DNA of 64,000 nucleotides from the human T2T-CHM13v2.0 reference genome, Homo sapiens. The notes below the pieces were generated by a model. It was not told the DNA's origin. It did not search any database and saw only the letters and a list, made by a program, of their open reading frames with translations. The position numbers and the translations under genes are program-made. Positions 33,291 to 46,852 of the stretch are shown in pieces. The stretch lies in the NCBI RefSeq assembly GCF_009914755.1, contig NC_060930.1, one strand, 5' to 3'. Within the stretch, counting starts at the first letter, position 1. Each line of letters starts with the position of its first letter.

Positions 33291-34609
33291 AACAATTATT
33301 TTAAAACAGATAAAGTATTTTTCTTTCTAATTGATGGTTTGGCACTCTTTATGTCCTTATGAGGAGATGCTTGAAAGAAAAAGTAAGAAAACATACTTCT
33401 TCAATGTGTTCATTCTAGTTTAACACACAGCCATGAAAGAGGATAAGCTCTTTCAAATCAACTCCTACAACATTATTTAGGATGTAGCATTTCCTATGAG
33501 AGCTGTTAGAAACCTTGAATAATAAAACAGATAAAATATGAAGCATTTTAGAAGACTTCTTCAGGCTCTAGAGACAAAGTTTGAGGTACTAATGTTTAAA
33601 ACTAGTAAAGTTGAAAAAAGAGAAAGCAGCACAGATTTTAAAAAGTCATCCAAAACTTCTACATATTTTATTAAATTAGTATTGTCAAAGAATACATTAT
33701 TTGTCTAATAATAACATATCTTAACCCAATAATATATTCCACTTACAGAATGATCACACTAATACTACAACATCTAGAAGTGTTTGGATTAATAACATTG
33801 TTTCCCCACGACACAAATTCTTCTGGACTAGTACTAACTATTCTTGCAAAACCAACTTTCTTGATAACTAGGTCTTAATGCAAAAAATATAGCAAGTTTA
33901 CAAAAAGAAAGTAGATGTAATTTTAGCACAAAGTGAAGCTGTATAAATCAAGTAAATCTTAAGAATATATAAAGGAACTTAATCGAAAGTAAGGCAGAAC
34001 TATCTTGTCAATGGTGAGAGATGAGGATGATCAAATATTAACATCTCTTCTGCAAAGGGTTTTTCAAAGCCTTTTCTTGGAGAGCCATTTTAATGTTCAG
34101 TGATATTTTAAATCAGAGAAACCTTCTTTATGTCTCTCCTAAACCTTTTATGCTACAATTTAAGTTCTTTTTTCTCACCACATATACAGTATTGGTGAAA
34201 AATACATATTACTTTTTTTGTTTGTTTTTCATTAAAAACTCATCTTCATGTAGCATTTACATCAATGAAATGTTATACAAATGTTCCCAGATGTTTAGCT
34301 TCATTTTTTTTTTCTCACTGCCGTATTCATTTTCCCAAAAGCTCCTTGGACTATCTAAAAGTTTCAGCAAGTGAAGACATTTAGTAACTAGTACCTAGAT
34401 TTTATTTTCTGAAAAACATATAGAGATTTCCAAATGACCCTTCTTATTAAACAGAGATAATGTGATTCCATAAGAAACATCCCCAGCACTATGCTGATGG
34501 ACTCCACCTCAATACCTGTTTTCCAGAGGTAGACCCTGGTGTGATTTAGCTGAGTAGTAAAAGTTGGAGAAGGGTTCTTATTTACTTCCAGTACTTCGCA
34601 CCTACAGTA

Positions 34610-35760
34610 GTAATCTTTCTGAGTATATGGTTTTAAATGCCATTACTTGCTGATGACTTACAGATTTATATCTCTGATGCATATGTCTCCTGCAACATCA
34701 GGACTTACATTTCTAACTGCTTTCCGGGCATCTCACTCCAACATTAACATGCCCATAACCAAGGTCTCAACTCCTTGGAACAATTCCTTTCTGTCCTATG
34801 CAGAACCTAATAAATGATTCCTCCTTCTTTCTAGTTACTTGAGCCTTATTAACAGGAGTTCTTAACTCACTTTGGATGTTTGTCCCCCCAAATCTCATGT
34901 TGAAATGTGATCCCCAGTGTTAGAGGTGGAACCTGTGGGGGGGTGGTTTGTGTCATGAGGGCAGATGCCTCATGAATGGCATGATGTCTTCCAGGTGGTT
35001 CTGAGTTCAAGCAAGATCTGGTTGTTTGAAATGGTCTGGGACCTTTCTCTCCTCTCTCTTGCTCCCTCTCTTGCCATGTAACACGCTGGGTCCCCTTTAT
35101 GCCTTCTGCCATAAGTAAAAGCTTCCCAAGCCCTCACCATAAGCCAAGCAGATGGTGCCATGTTTGTATAGCCTAAAGAACCATGAGCCAAATAAACCTC
35201 TTTTCTTTAGAATTCACCCAGTCTCAGGTACTTCTTTAGAGCCATGCAGAATGGAATAACACATTCGCTCCCTTCTCACACCCCATTAACTCACCTTATC
35301 AACTCTGCCTGTGAAATATTTCCAGATTCCAATTACCTCTCATCACCTCTACCATTACCACACTAGTCCAAGTTACCCTATTCTCTAGGCCTGGCTTATT
35401 TCAGTGTCTTCTAACCTGCCCTCCTTTCTTTCTGCCTTTACTGTAACACCAAGTAGTCTCCTCACATGGCCAGATTCCTTTTAAAATACAACTCATGGCC
35501 TCTTCTGCTCAAAAACTCCAAATGGCTATGCATCGCTGAGTAAAAATTCAAAGTCCTTCCAGTGGCCTTCAAGATCCTATACAACCTGGCTGCCTACTAT
35601 CAGCCTACACTTATGTTCTTCCTCTTTTCCCATCAATCACTCTGCATGGCCACACTGGCCTCCTTGCTGTGTCTCTAATATGCCAACCATACTTCTGCAA
35701 TTGGTGCTATCTTTGCCTGAAACTCCCTTCTCATGGATATCTACATAAATCATTCATTTT
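34610..35760 (+). mobile_element. L2 fragment, interrupted by an MST LTR
   Basis: GGTTTTAAATGCCATT...GCTGATGACT, CTTCTGCTCAAAAACTCCAAATGGCT, AAAATTCAAAGTCCTT, GCCACACTGGCCTCCTTGCTGT are L2 motifs. Confidence 0.65.
34868..35263 (+). mobile_element. MST (MSTA/MSTB) MaLR solo LTR
   Basis: TTTGGATGTTTGTCCCCCCAAATCTCATGTTGAAATGTGATCCCCAGTGTT...GAGCCAAATAAACCTCTTTTCTTT...CCCAGTCTCAGGTA...AACACA. Confidence 0.85.
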
Positions 35761-36683
35761 GTCTCTATGCCCAATTCTGTATCACCACTATGTGAATTAG
35801 GCAACACTTTCTACGTTGGTTGGAAGCTTTTTTCTCCTCTTATAATTTAGAAAAACGAAATCATCCTGTGGGTTTCATATTGTGTTTCTTGTTTTATCTA
35901 GATTAGCATACTCTAAAAGTGAAAGATACTGGGATCTATTGGTTTTAAAATAAGGAAATTAGTCCCCTCACTTTCTCAATTTTGATGATGTTCCTTTTAG
36001 ATGTGCTATCTGTTTCCCATTAAACAGTAAATTAGACCATTTTCCAGTTATTTCTAAATCATTTATTGAGCATCAACTCTGAGAATATCTTTGTGATAAC
36101 TTTTTAAGGAATTGATAAATTAATGAACGTGCTAAGATTTCCCTATCTCTCAATGTAGAGGGAGAATATTTCCAAATAACTGTAGTAACTGACATAATGG
36201 GATGATGTGAAGCATGTATCAAAATAAGAGTGCTATAGTTATTTATTAGAGGGATTAAATACACATGGTTTTGTGTATTTGGTCATTTTGAAGGAATTCA
36301 CAAATGAGAAAAGTCTCTAGGAATCAATAGAATATCAGCAGGCAAAACTTAGAAAGGACGTTACTGGTGAATAAAAAAAATGTTTTCAAGGTGCATTGGG
36401 CGATACAGAGTAGTTAAACTTATTTTCACTTAATAACAGCCCTCAATAATAGAAGGTTAGTGTGAGATGAGATTCACTGGACCCCTATGTTCAATAGCCA
36501 AGATTTTTCAAATATTTCCTCTTTCTATCATGACATCCTTGGAGAAATGCTTGCCATCTCAAATAAACTAAAGTTCTAAGTAGAACACCTTAGAAAGGCT
36601 TATTGCCCTCAAGATGTATTGTTTGGTACAATATTGTTGACTTTCACCTTTAAAACAAGTAATTGTCAAATAACCAGCCACTA

Positions 36684-36832
36684 TGTGACACGTGTCTTTG
36701 CTCCTCCATCTTCCTCCATGATTGTGAAGCCTCCCCAGCCATGTGGAACTGTGAGTCCATTAAACTTCTTTCCTTTATAAATTACCCATTCCTGGGTATG
36801 TGCTTATAGCAACGTGAGAACGGACTAATACA
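36684..36832 (+). mobile_element. THE1 LTR 3' fragment
   Basis: CCATGATTGTGAAGCCTCCCCAGCCATGTGGAACTGTGAGTCCATTAAAC...GAACGGACTAATACA. Confidence 0.85.
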
Positions 36833-37420
36833 CCTGTCATATTTGCTTGAAAATAATGTATATTCTGCCGTGTTCTACATATGTCCATTAAGTCATATTT
36901 GTTAATAAGGCATCTGCTGTATTCTCAGTAATCTTTTTTCTGTTAATCTATCAATTAATAATAGAGTTTGCTAAAAATCCTTCACTAAAATTGTACACTT
37001 TTGATTTATCCTTATAGTTCTAACAATTTATAATTTATTCACTTTTAAAACATAGTATTAGGTACACTTAAGCTTATTAAGCTTAAAATAATGATGATTG
37101 AAAACCTTATCAATATGTGTTGATCTTCATTGTCTCTAGTAATGATTGTTTTGTGTTAAAGTGTGAACACACTTTATACATATGATTAAGTCAGAGTTTT
37201 TGTTTCTGTTGTTGACTATTGTTGCCCTGATATATATTTCCCTTCATTTTACTTTAAACTTTTCTGTGGTTTTGGGTCTTTAAATAGCATGTAGCTACTG
37301 GTTGAAGTTATTATTTTTAAATCTAATATGGTAAAAGTGACTTTTCAATACACTTAAACATTTAAAATTTCATGAGTTTATCTGGATGTGTGTGGGGGGG
37401 GGATGTGGTCGGGGGGGCAG

Positions 37421-37694
37421 TCAGGGTCTTACTCTGTCACCCAGGGAGGAGTGGCATGATCATAGTGCATTGCAGTCTCCATCTCCTAGGCTCACATCAT
37501 TCTCCCACCTTAGCCTCCCATGTATCTAGGACTACAGGCACATGCCACAATGCCAGGCTGATTTTATTTTTTTTAAGTAGAGATGGGGTCTCACTATGTT
37601 GCCCAGGCTGGTCTCGAACTCCTGAGCCCAAACAATCCTCTCTCCTTGGTCTCCCAAATGCTGGAATTACAGATGCGAGCCACCACACTCAGCC
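37421..37694 (-). mobile_element. AluJ
   Basis: CAGGGTCTTACTCTGTCACCCAGG...GATCATAG...GAGCCACCACACTCAGCC; J-type, highly diverged. Confidence 0.85.
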
Positions 37695-37823
37695 TAGATT
37701 TATTTCTATCATACTACTCTATGCAACATTTCTCCCTTTTAATGTGTCTCTTTTATCTTTTCCTCCTTTTTTTTATTTTGTTGAAATAATTGCATTTTAT
37801 CACATTGCAATTACCGGTTTAGA

Positions 37824-38035
37824 ACAGGGGTCAAAAGTTTACAATTCAAGGACCCAAATCCAATCCAACACATCTTTGTAAATAAAGTTTTATTGTAATA
37901 GACCTACACTCGTTCATTTAGGTATTGTTTATGGTTGCTTTCACACTACAGATGCAGAGTAAAGTAGTTGGAACAAAACTACAAAGCCTAAAATATTTAC
38001 TGTTAGGTCTCTACAGAAAAAGTGTGCTGACCCTG
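37824..38035 (+). mobile_element. MER58A hAT-Charlie MITE
   Basis: CAGGGGTC...TTTGTAAATAAAGTTTTATTG...AAAGCCTAAAATATTTACT...ACAGAAAAAGTGTGCTGACCCTG; TIR pair. Confidence 0.8.
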
Positions 38036-39410
38036 ATTTAGAAGATATATATTGTTTTTCTGGTATTTTATCTTTGCACTTAAAACTTTACCATGAATTC
38101 TGAGGCCAAATCAAATTTAATCATCATCATCGAGTAAAATGCAAAACATGTATTTTCAGTTATCTACCTTCTTGCATACATTCCGTAGTTTCACTGTATT
38201 TTAAACTCTATCTTAACTCTTTTAACACTATTCTAACTCTACTCTGCTTTTTTTAACCATGGTTTTTAGACAATACTATTTATTTTAATCTATCCCCCAT
38301 GTTTACTATTTTTTCTTATCAGTTTTGCGTATATTTCCTTTTGGAGTTTATTTTCTTTCTTCCTGAGGTATAGCCATTAGCAGTGGCTTTGCTATTAATG
38401 ATAAATTCTTTTTCAATTTTCGTTTTATTGTCTCAAAAACATTTTAATTTGCCCTAATTATTGAAGATAGTTTTGCTGGATATAGAATTCTAAATGGCAG
38501 TTATTTTTCCTTATCAATTTAAAGACAGTAATTACAAGTTGACTGACTTTTAAGTTGAGAAAACAGTTTGATTGAGGAGCCAACTGTTAGCCCAAAAATT
38601 GTCCCCAATTTTCTGGAAGACTGATTAGATGAATGTTAGAGCTCCTTTAATCCCCATGTACTTTTAGTTCTCTGTTAGATTTTCCATCTTTTTATCTGGC
38701 TTAATGCTGCCTTCTGGATAGTTTCTTCAGATCTGTCTGCCAGCTCACTATTTCTCTTGTTCCTGATATCAAAACCACTATTTATCACATCCAATAAAGC
38801 TTAAAGATTTTTCTTCTTAGATGTTCGATATATTCATTTAAAATATGTTTATACTTACGTTCTTATTCTTTCTTTTTGAAAAATCACATAAAATATACTT
38901 ACTTATATTCTATATCCAATAATTCAGTAAACAGGACACTTATGAGTTTGGTGTTACCCTTTTTTATTTCTTATAGCTCTTATGGTGCCTTGTTTGTACA
39001 TTTATTGTGATAGTTTTTGTTTTGTTTGTTTGTTCCTTTGGTTGTTTTGATGTGAGCTTATATTCCTTGGCATATTTTCAGTGGGATTTCCTTGAGTCCT
39101 AGGTTGAACGTCAAGTTCCAAAAGATAAATTTCGCGTTTGCTTCTCTCAAATGCTTTTTCAGCTTCACTAATCAGATCAGAGACTTTTAAAACTTACATT
39201 TATGCCATAACTGCACACAAGTATATGTGTATGTGTAGATGCCATACATAGTGTGACTTCTAGTCTGAAATCTGAGCTCTGATCTGAGCTCCTGCCCTGC
39301 ACAGACCTAAGGCTTTGGTTCTTGCCACATGGAATGGTCATTGACCAAAGCTCCAGGCTAATAGCAATCAGAAAATGCTACTAATACAGTACTCATTTCT
39401 CCCCTATACA

Positions 39411-39413
<3 letters not shown>

Positions 39414-39441
<28 letters not shown>
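39414..39441 (+). repeat. (TG)n microsatellite
   Basis: Pure GT run of ~13 units. Confidence 0.95.
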
Positions 39442-39787
39442 ATTGGAGAAAGTGATATGTAGTCTAAGCTATCTTATTGGGCTTATGCTCAGGTTTGAGA
39501 ATTTTTCTCCTACTCAGCTTTTTCTGTAGATACCTGAAAGAAAATAAATATAGTCCAGCTTTTTAAGTAAGTTCTACTATATTTCACTATATAGTATTAT
39601 GCACAATGAACTGAAAAATATATTGCTTATATCCCACTAAACTCTTGGGTTAGGTCCTGTTTCCAGACTGATTCTTGAGGCTGTTTATGCAGTATTATCT
39701 ACTTTATTCTCTTCTCTATAATTTACAGAAGTTGAGGCTCTACTGTATCTACCCATCCCCTACCTTGACCCTTCAGATTTGATTTGA

Positions 39788-40088
<301 letters not shown>

Positions 40089-41292
40089 CAGAATTGATTT
40101 TAGGCTAGCTGCCTTAGTGAAGTTGAAACAAGGATGCAAAAGTTAACATACATGCTTTTAATTTTTGAAATTTCTTTGTAATTTTCAAGGGCTGTATCTG
40201 ATGTGACTTTTCCTGTCTTTGAAATCTCTGTATTTAAAACAGCCTTTAACAAATATCACAATAGACTTTTAAAATTTTGCAGAGCCTTTGCTATTTTTTT
40301 AAAATTGCTAACTTGGATATAGCATCATTTTCTACTTAAATAAGCATTGACATTGATTGTTACTTTTTGTACTTTCTCTTCAATTATGATCTTAAAGAAA
40401 CTTGATAAAACACAGATGTATACCTGTATACCAACAATTTTTATGCTTTATCAGCAAAGGCATCTTCACTTCTAACTTTAAAAAATTCCAGACCAAAAAA
40501 AAAATTGTGAAAGGAAAAATAGGTAATCTGAGATGGAAATTAGATAATAGATTGAGCACTGGACTGAATGGTTATGAGATGGTTACTTGTGTTTGGGAAT
40601 GAGGATTTCTTCTGCCTTGAATGGAACTGGAACATAAGCTAATTATTCATTGTAAATGTCTTGGGAGATGATATCTGCCAGCTTGTGAAGTACCCAGTAG
40701 ACTCTGGCTTGGGTTTGATGATGATGATACTAGGATTATAAAATGACAGTTCTTAGTTGAGAAAAAAATAATTTTGGATTTTCTGCCTGTGTTTTCTTAA
40801 TTTCTTTAGTTTAATGTAGACTATTTTTGCCTTAGTTTTAAAGAATTTGAATATTTATGATTTATGCCCTTCTATTTCCAAAAAGGATTATGGCCACTTT
40901 ACAAAGTAAAAACAAGTATAAAACAGAAAAATTAAAAATAAACAATCAAAAAAGTGAGTACATCATTAACGAACTAAAAAGACCTGAATGAAGACCTGTT
41001 AAAATAGGTCAAATTACTCTGGTGTCTAGTAAGAGCTTGAGTATCACCAAGGTGATACTAAGAGTTTACTGTAATAGTTATTAGAAACTAATGTGACCGA
41101 GTATATGTGCGTATTATGCTACACATATGTAATTTTAGAAAATGCAAAAGCACTGATGCCAATTACCTCCCTTCTCATATGAAAAAGAACAAATGAGGTA
41201 TTTCTCCATTCTAATTATTTTTTGCTATTTTTAAAATTTGTTGTTTGAACAGATTAAGAAAATCTTTAATTCATGGATTGTTGCTTTGCACA

Positions 41293-41298
41293 TTTAAT
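41293..41298 (-). terminator. Candidate distal poly(A) signal ATTAAA
   Basis: TTTAAT on +; a second copy lies at 41265-41270. Confidence 0.5.
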
Positions 41299-41930
41299 AG
41301 TGAGATAATTATTAACAACACAAAAAACAATTTTGGCAATTAAGAACAACATAAAGAATCATGTGATCCACAAACAGTTTACATTTGATAAATATTCTTA
41401 TTGTCTCAATTTATGATATACTTACATTTTGTATTCCTTTTAAATAAAGAACCAAATCAAGAACAGCAGAAATTAGCATCTGTTTAATATATTTTAAAAT
41501 ATGGAAATATATTTAAACAGCACATTTAAAGAATAAAACAATAGACTTCCATTTCTTATTCTCTCAATGGTACACCATTAATTAAAAATATATTACTTAA
41601 TGTACCCCTTAATATAGTTACTGTCAAATTTTCTTTAAGATAAACTGTATTTCAAAACAACATTTTAATATACCCGAATTACAAACAAAGCCATAACATT
41701 TTTGAAGACATTTTTGGTATACGTTTGGTTTGAAAGATCCAAAAGGATGATTAATAAATGGTGCTTTATGAATACTTTAGATTAACGGTAAATAAGCCTA
41801 ACCACAGAGTCACCATAAATAGCAAGTTATCAATCTAAAGATCATTCTTCAAAAAGTCAGTGTGTGTTAAAGAAAGGCCTTAGAGGGCATTCTAATAGAT
41901 AGAGAAAATAAATTAATTTTAGAGGGAAGA

Positions 41931-41969
41931 ACACACATGCACACACAGACACACACACACACACACACA
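41931..41969 (-). repeat. (UG)n tract in the BMP5 3' UTR ((CA)n on +)
   Basis: ACACACATGCACACACAGACACACACACACACACACACA. Confidence 0.9.
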
Positions 41970-43096
41970 ACAGAACCTTCCTGTTTGGAATTATTTGTGC
42001 TTGGAAGAAGGTTTACAAAATGCCTTTACAAAATAAGGTTTTCATTGAGCTCACTCTCAAAGATATGAAAAATGAATTTCAGCTGTTCTTTAGAAATGGC
42101 AATTCTGTCAAAGCCATTCTGGGACTTTTGGTAATTTCCTCCAGTTTAGTTTCAGTGCTTTTACTTCTAAATAAAATCCCTTGCATCACATCAATCAGCA
42201 AACTCAGTTATAAAGGAGAGCTAAAGAAAATGGTTCTTTCGGCATCTTCTGCTCTTGTACATTTTACGCATGCAGTGACTCTTGCCTGTGGGGAGGAAAG
42301 TGGAGCACATGTAAATGTTTCTTTATTTTGGACTAGGTTTTTAAATCTGAAAAAAAAATTCTGCAGCAGTAGTGTTCTAGATAATAGGCAGACATGATTT
42401 ATTTGAGGTAAGAAGGTTGTACTACAATTAGTGTTAACTTGGAAAGCTATGGACACAGGCTCAAGCCTGTCTCCTGAAGCTTTGAGCTCTTTGCAAAATC
42501 TACAATCCACAAGCCAAAAAGGAACATGCTCCTACAGTTACACCACTTCTGTTAAAGCAAACAGTTAAAACAATTCTGTGCAATCTTTCAGCTTCTATGT
42601 TCTGCCTACCGTTTATTTATTCAAATCCAGTTCAACATTTCACTTTATCTAATGAAGCAGGAACTCTAAAAGAGAAATTGTGTTTATCCAAGAATTTTTG
42701 TTTGGGTTGTTATTTTTTTAAGTCTTATTTCTAAATAAATATTCTATCATGGTTTTCATTGGCACAATATAACTAAATTATTCAATTTCCTTCCACAATA
42801 TTAAACAGTCAAAGGAGTTCTGTCTAATCTCAGAAAATTATATAAAATTGTATTAGAAAAAAATGTTGAAATGGAATTGAATGGACTCAGCATAACCCAT
42901 TGAAAATTATACTAGATGATCTATTGTATAATGTAGTGGCCTATGAAATAGATTTTATTGATAAAGCCTCCACAGAAGAGAATATATACGTTTAAATAAA
43001 TAAAAATGACTATATACATGATATTGTACATAGGAAAAGAGTCAAAATGAGCCAGACTAATTTTAGGAAATTCCCTGTTTGTCTGAAAGTATGCTT

Positions 43097-43102
43097 TTTA
43101 TT
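43097..43102 (-). terminator. Candidate proximal poly(A) signal AATAAA
   Basis: TTTATT on +, ~55 nt after the stop codon; further AATAAA at 42954-42959, 42612-42621 (two overlapping) and 42322-42327. Confidence 0.5.
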
Positions 43103-43155
43103 GCAGCCATAAACCTTAATACAGATCTTTTTGTTATTATCAATATTATTTAATA

Positions 43156-43305
43156 TTAGTGGCAGCCACATGAGCGTACTACCATATTTCTATATTTTTT
43201 CAAAATGACATTGGAGCTGTCATCAAAGTACAGAACAGAGATGGCATTTAATTTGGTTGGAGCACAACAAGGCTTTGGTACGTGGTCAGGAAACATCAGA
43301 TGAAC
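43156..43305 (-). CDS. BMP5: BMP5 exon 7 (last coding exon): [49 protein letters not shown]
   Basis: Acceptor ttttttctttcccag|GTT; 150 nt including TAA (43158-43156); PCC and CGCH cystine-knot motifs. Confidence 0.98.
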   Translation of the reverse strand, partial: VHLMFPDHVPKPCCAPTKLNAISVLYFDDSSNVILKKYRNMVVRSCGCH

Positions 43306-46300
43306 CTGGGAAAGAAAAAAGGTTTTGTTTTATTAAGAAATAAAATATACATTCTTTTGCAGTTTTAAAATGGTATGATTATTTTATCACTCATAATCAG
43401 GCACACCATTAAGCTGATCTCCCTTCTCCCATTTATTCCATGACTGGGGTGGGGGACTGAAGGATGTATTCTTAAGCATTAACACCTGGAATCAACCCAG
43501 CCAATTCAATTATGTGTTTGAACCTTGAAAAATATCTCACCAAATAAAGAAAACTTCCTCTATAGAATATTCAGTGGAAGTTTTCCTAGGGAAAGAACAC
43601 AGCAACTAGCACGTTGTTGCTTTTAGTTGAAATGACTGTTCCTATATATATCATGAGGAATATGGAAGTTACAAGAGCAAATCAATGAAAACACATAGTT
43701 GCAGAAAGATTTGGATCTAAGAATTATCTTTTAAAAGGAAAATTAAGCAATAAATCATACATTTTAAGCCAACTCTTAATTTTCCATGGTAAAAGAAGCA
43801 TAAAAATCATAATAAAATAAAATCCACATATAATCCAATACTTGCCTTAGAGCAATGATTTCAGCTCTTCATAGAATTTTTTTATCACATTGGCTGGAGT
43901 TTAATATCCATTTACTTTTTTTCTCCCTTGCCTGCCCCCTAGACAAGTGCCAAAAAGCAGGCTAAGCTAAATCAGAAGCAAAGGGCCTAGAGACTTTACA
44001 AATGAACATCCACCTCCCCAAAAGCCTAAAAAGGTGTCTGTACATGAAAAGTGAAATGCTTAAGTAAAGGGTTGATAATAATTTTGATCAGACTGGCAGT
44101 CTGCCTATGATTTGAAATAATTGAGAAAAGAGCCAGAACACAGTTCCCCCATTTCCCACCCACCTATTCTGGCCCTTCCCCCAGAGGAGTTTATGGGAAA
44201 TCCCACTGATGAGTCTTACGGGATCCACAAAAAGCAAATACAGCCTCTTACAGTTTTGGCTGTACAACGTCCTGGCTGAAATGATATAGGGGCCTTGCAT
44301 GTGGACAGAAACAGCAGGAAAAATGAGGTGATCTGACATGAACTTGAAATTTCCTAAGGCCTCACAAAACTAAAAGTTGGATAGTTTCTACAAATTTCTG
44401 ATGCTGCTTATGTCCTTCATCAGCTTTATCTTCCATAACCCACACATACATGATTGATAATCCTGCTGTTTCAATGGCCTTGGCAGCCTAACGGAAAAAA
44501 AATGGATTGTTCTTGAATGGTTTCTCAATATATTAGTCACAAACATGCTTTCCTCCGTCTTTTTGTTTCATGTCCTTCACAGAACAAACATAAAGCGTGC
44601 ACAACACCAGGGAAAAAAAATCAAACTTCACGTGTATGCTCCAGTTTTGCAATGACTTATGTCCTACATCCCAGGGTAGAGATACAGAGCAGACTCTTGT
44701 TCAAAGTTTGTGTCAGATTTTTTTTATATTTGTTTTTTGATACTTTACTACAGCCATAAGAGCTGAAAATATGTATTTATTTATTTTAAAAAAGAAAAAA
44801 TGAGAGAAGGGGGAGTATTTGACAAAGGGTATTTTTCAATAAGTAGGCATTGCTTAGCCTGAGGGAATTTTTGATACATTAGATCCATATCTAAGGAAGC
44901 AAAAGTCTGCTTTCATAGTCATCAAAATGATGATAAAAAGAGGCAAAGAATTTTCTGAGAAATTAAATAGCATTACTTCAACTGATAGGAGTTATTCTAT
45001 GACCTTACAGAAAGACAGTGATCATGAAGTTCTCTTCATAGGATGAAACAACAGCATTCTTCTTTATCTGATATGCTTTCATGTCAACATGAATTCTCAT
45101 ATACAAAGAGAAAAGTTAGCTTCTTAAAAATTCTTTTAGTGGTAGAAGTTTGAATGCAAAACATCCATCCTTGCAAAGCCTACCTACACTCCATACTCCT
45201 GGAAACACTATTCCATATAAAGAAGAGCTTATACTTACAGATAGCAAAGGTGAAGTCATATCAGACTTTAAATCCCCCCAGAAATTTACTCTTTACCTTG
45301 TATATGGCACTAAAGTAGGCATTCTCACTGGTCATGAATCAATAAAAAGAAGAATACTTATAAATAATTTATTATCAAAATGTATATTTGCTTTATCTTT
45401 CTGTTGCTCTCTAGCCCAAGGTTATTTCCAGTCTTTGATAACGTTCATGCTCTAGTTGTTATAGATTGCACTTTTTGGTGTCTAGATATTCTGTCGTATT
45501 TTATTAAGTCAATAAAGATGCCAGTAAATATCAAGTCATTCAAGTATTTGCTTTTGCCAGTTCACAGATATCATTGTTTATTCCTTAATTCAGCTTTAAG
45601 TTTTAAATTAATTGTGGGGGAAAATAGCAAACTTATGGAGAGTCGAATCTTCACAAATTCTAAGAGTAATTCTTTCTTTTTCCATAAATAAACCTCACCC
45701 ACAAAGACAAGATTGTCTACTATCTACTTTTCTCTTACTGGCGTCCACCAAATAATTCCACTCCCATCAAGCCTTGATTCTAAAATAATGTGTTCTCTCC
45801 CATTCTTCTTAAATACAAAAGTTAAAATTTTTATATTAGCCCAAACATTGATTTAAAATTATGTCACATAGTCTGGTATGTTTTCTAGGAGCCTCTCATT
45901 TAGTCTTAGGGAGATTGTTCCTCTGCCAAATCGATAGGCCAGATGCTATGAGGTACATCAGACTCTCAATAGGTTTCATGAGCTCATTAGGTACAAGGCA
46001 ATCAGTTAATCACGTCAACCCTTCAGTACATTGTTCATAAAAATAAGCCTAGATTATTAGAGATTTAATCACTGCTAAGTTTCTGAGATTGAGGAATAAA
46101 GAAAAGGAAGTATAATTTCTACTTTAAAGATTACAGGAGGAGGAGGAGAACAATAAGAAATAGAAATTAGCTTCCTATTTGTATACTACATTGAAGAACT
46201 TTTATAATACCAAAGTATGTTATAGAACATTCTTAAATAATTAAAAACCCTCAGATGAAATTTAGTACAGCTATTACTCAATGTTTTTGCAATGATTACT

Positions 46301-46594
46301 AATGAATTGCTAGGTTAGAAACAGCCCCAGGGAACCTGTGTGCTTAGTCATACTGTGTAATGAACAAACAGTTCAAGATGACCATTTCATGTTATTACTC
46401 CAGTTTTCCTAGCTGAATCCTTCTCCATTGTGTAACTGGGATTACTCTAAACCAGCCCGAGTTTCCTGACTATACCCACAGTTGTTACTTCAGCTCTAAA
46501 AAGAAACAAATGAGTTTGAGAAGATAAAATAATGCATTAAAATTGTAAATAGATGCTTTCCTCTAAAACAACTTTATAATATGCTTGCATTCTA

Positions 46595-46852
<258 letters not shown>

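Larger units (their letters stand above)
36840..39100 (-). mobile_element. Ancient L1M internal relic (interrupted by AluJ and MER58A)
   Basis: TTGAAAATAATGTATATTCTGC, TTGAAGATAGTTTTGCTGGATATAGAATTCTA..GGCAGTTATTTTTC are antisense L1M ORF2/ORF1 motifs. Confidence 0.55.
41276..43155 (-). other. BMP5: BMP5 3' UTR (long form; distal end approximate)
   Basis: Follows the TAA; free of interspersed repeats and AU-rich; distal ATTAAA at 41293-41298 fits a ~1.9 kb UTR (end inferred). Confidence 0.65.

Noticed and set aside
36730-36742. PRDM9 hotspot motif in THE1 LTRs (also ~14398-14410)
   Set aside because: The sequence is CCTCCCCAGCCAT, the common non-hot version, not CCTCCCTAGCCAC
37372-37881. 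169-aa ORF
   Set aside because: Antisense AluJ translation; the same applies to the ORFs at 7039, 7119, 10016, 11693, 39806 and 52083
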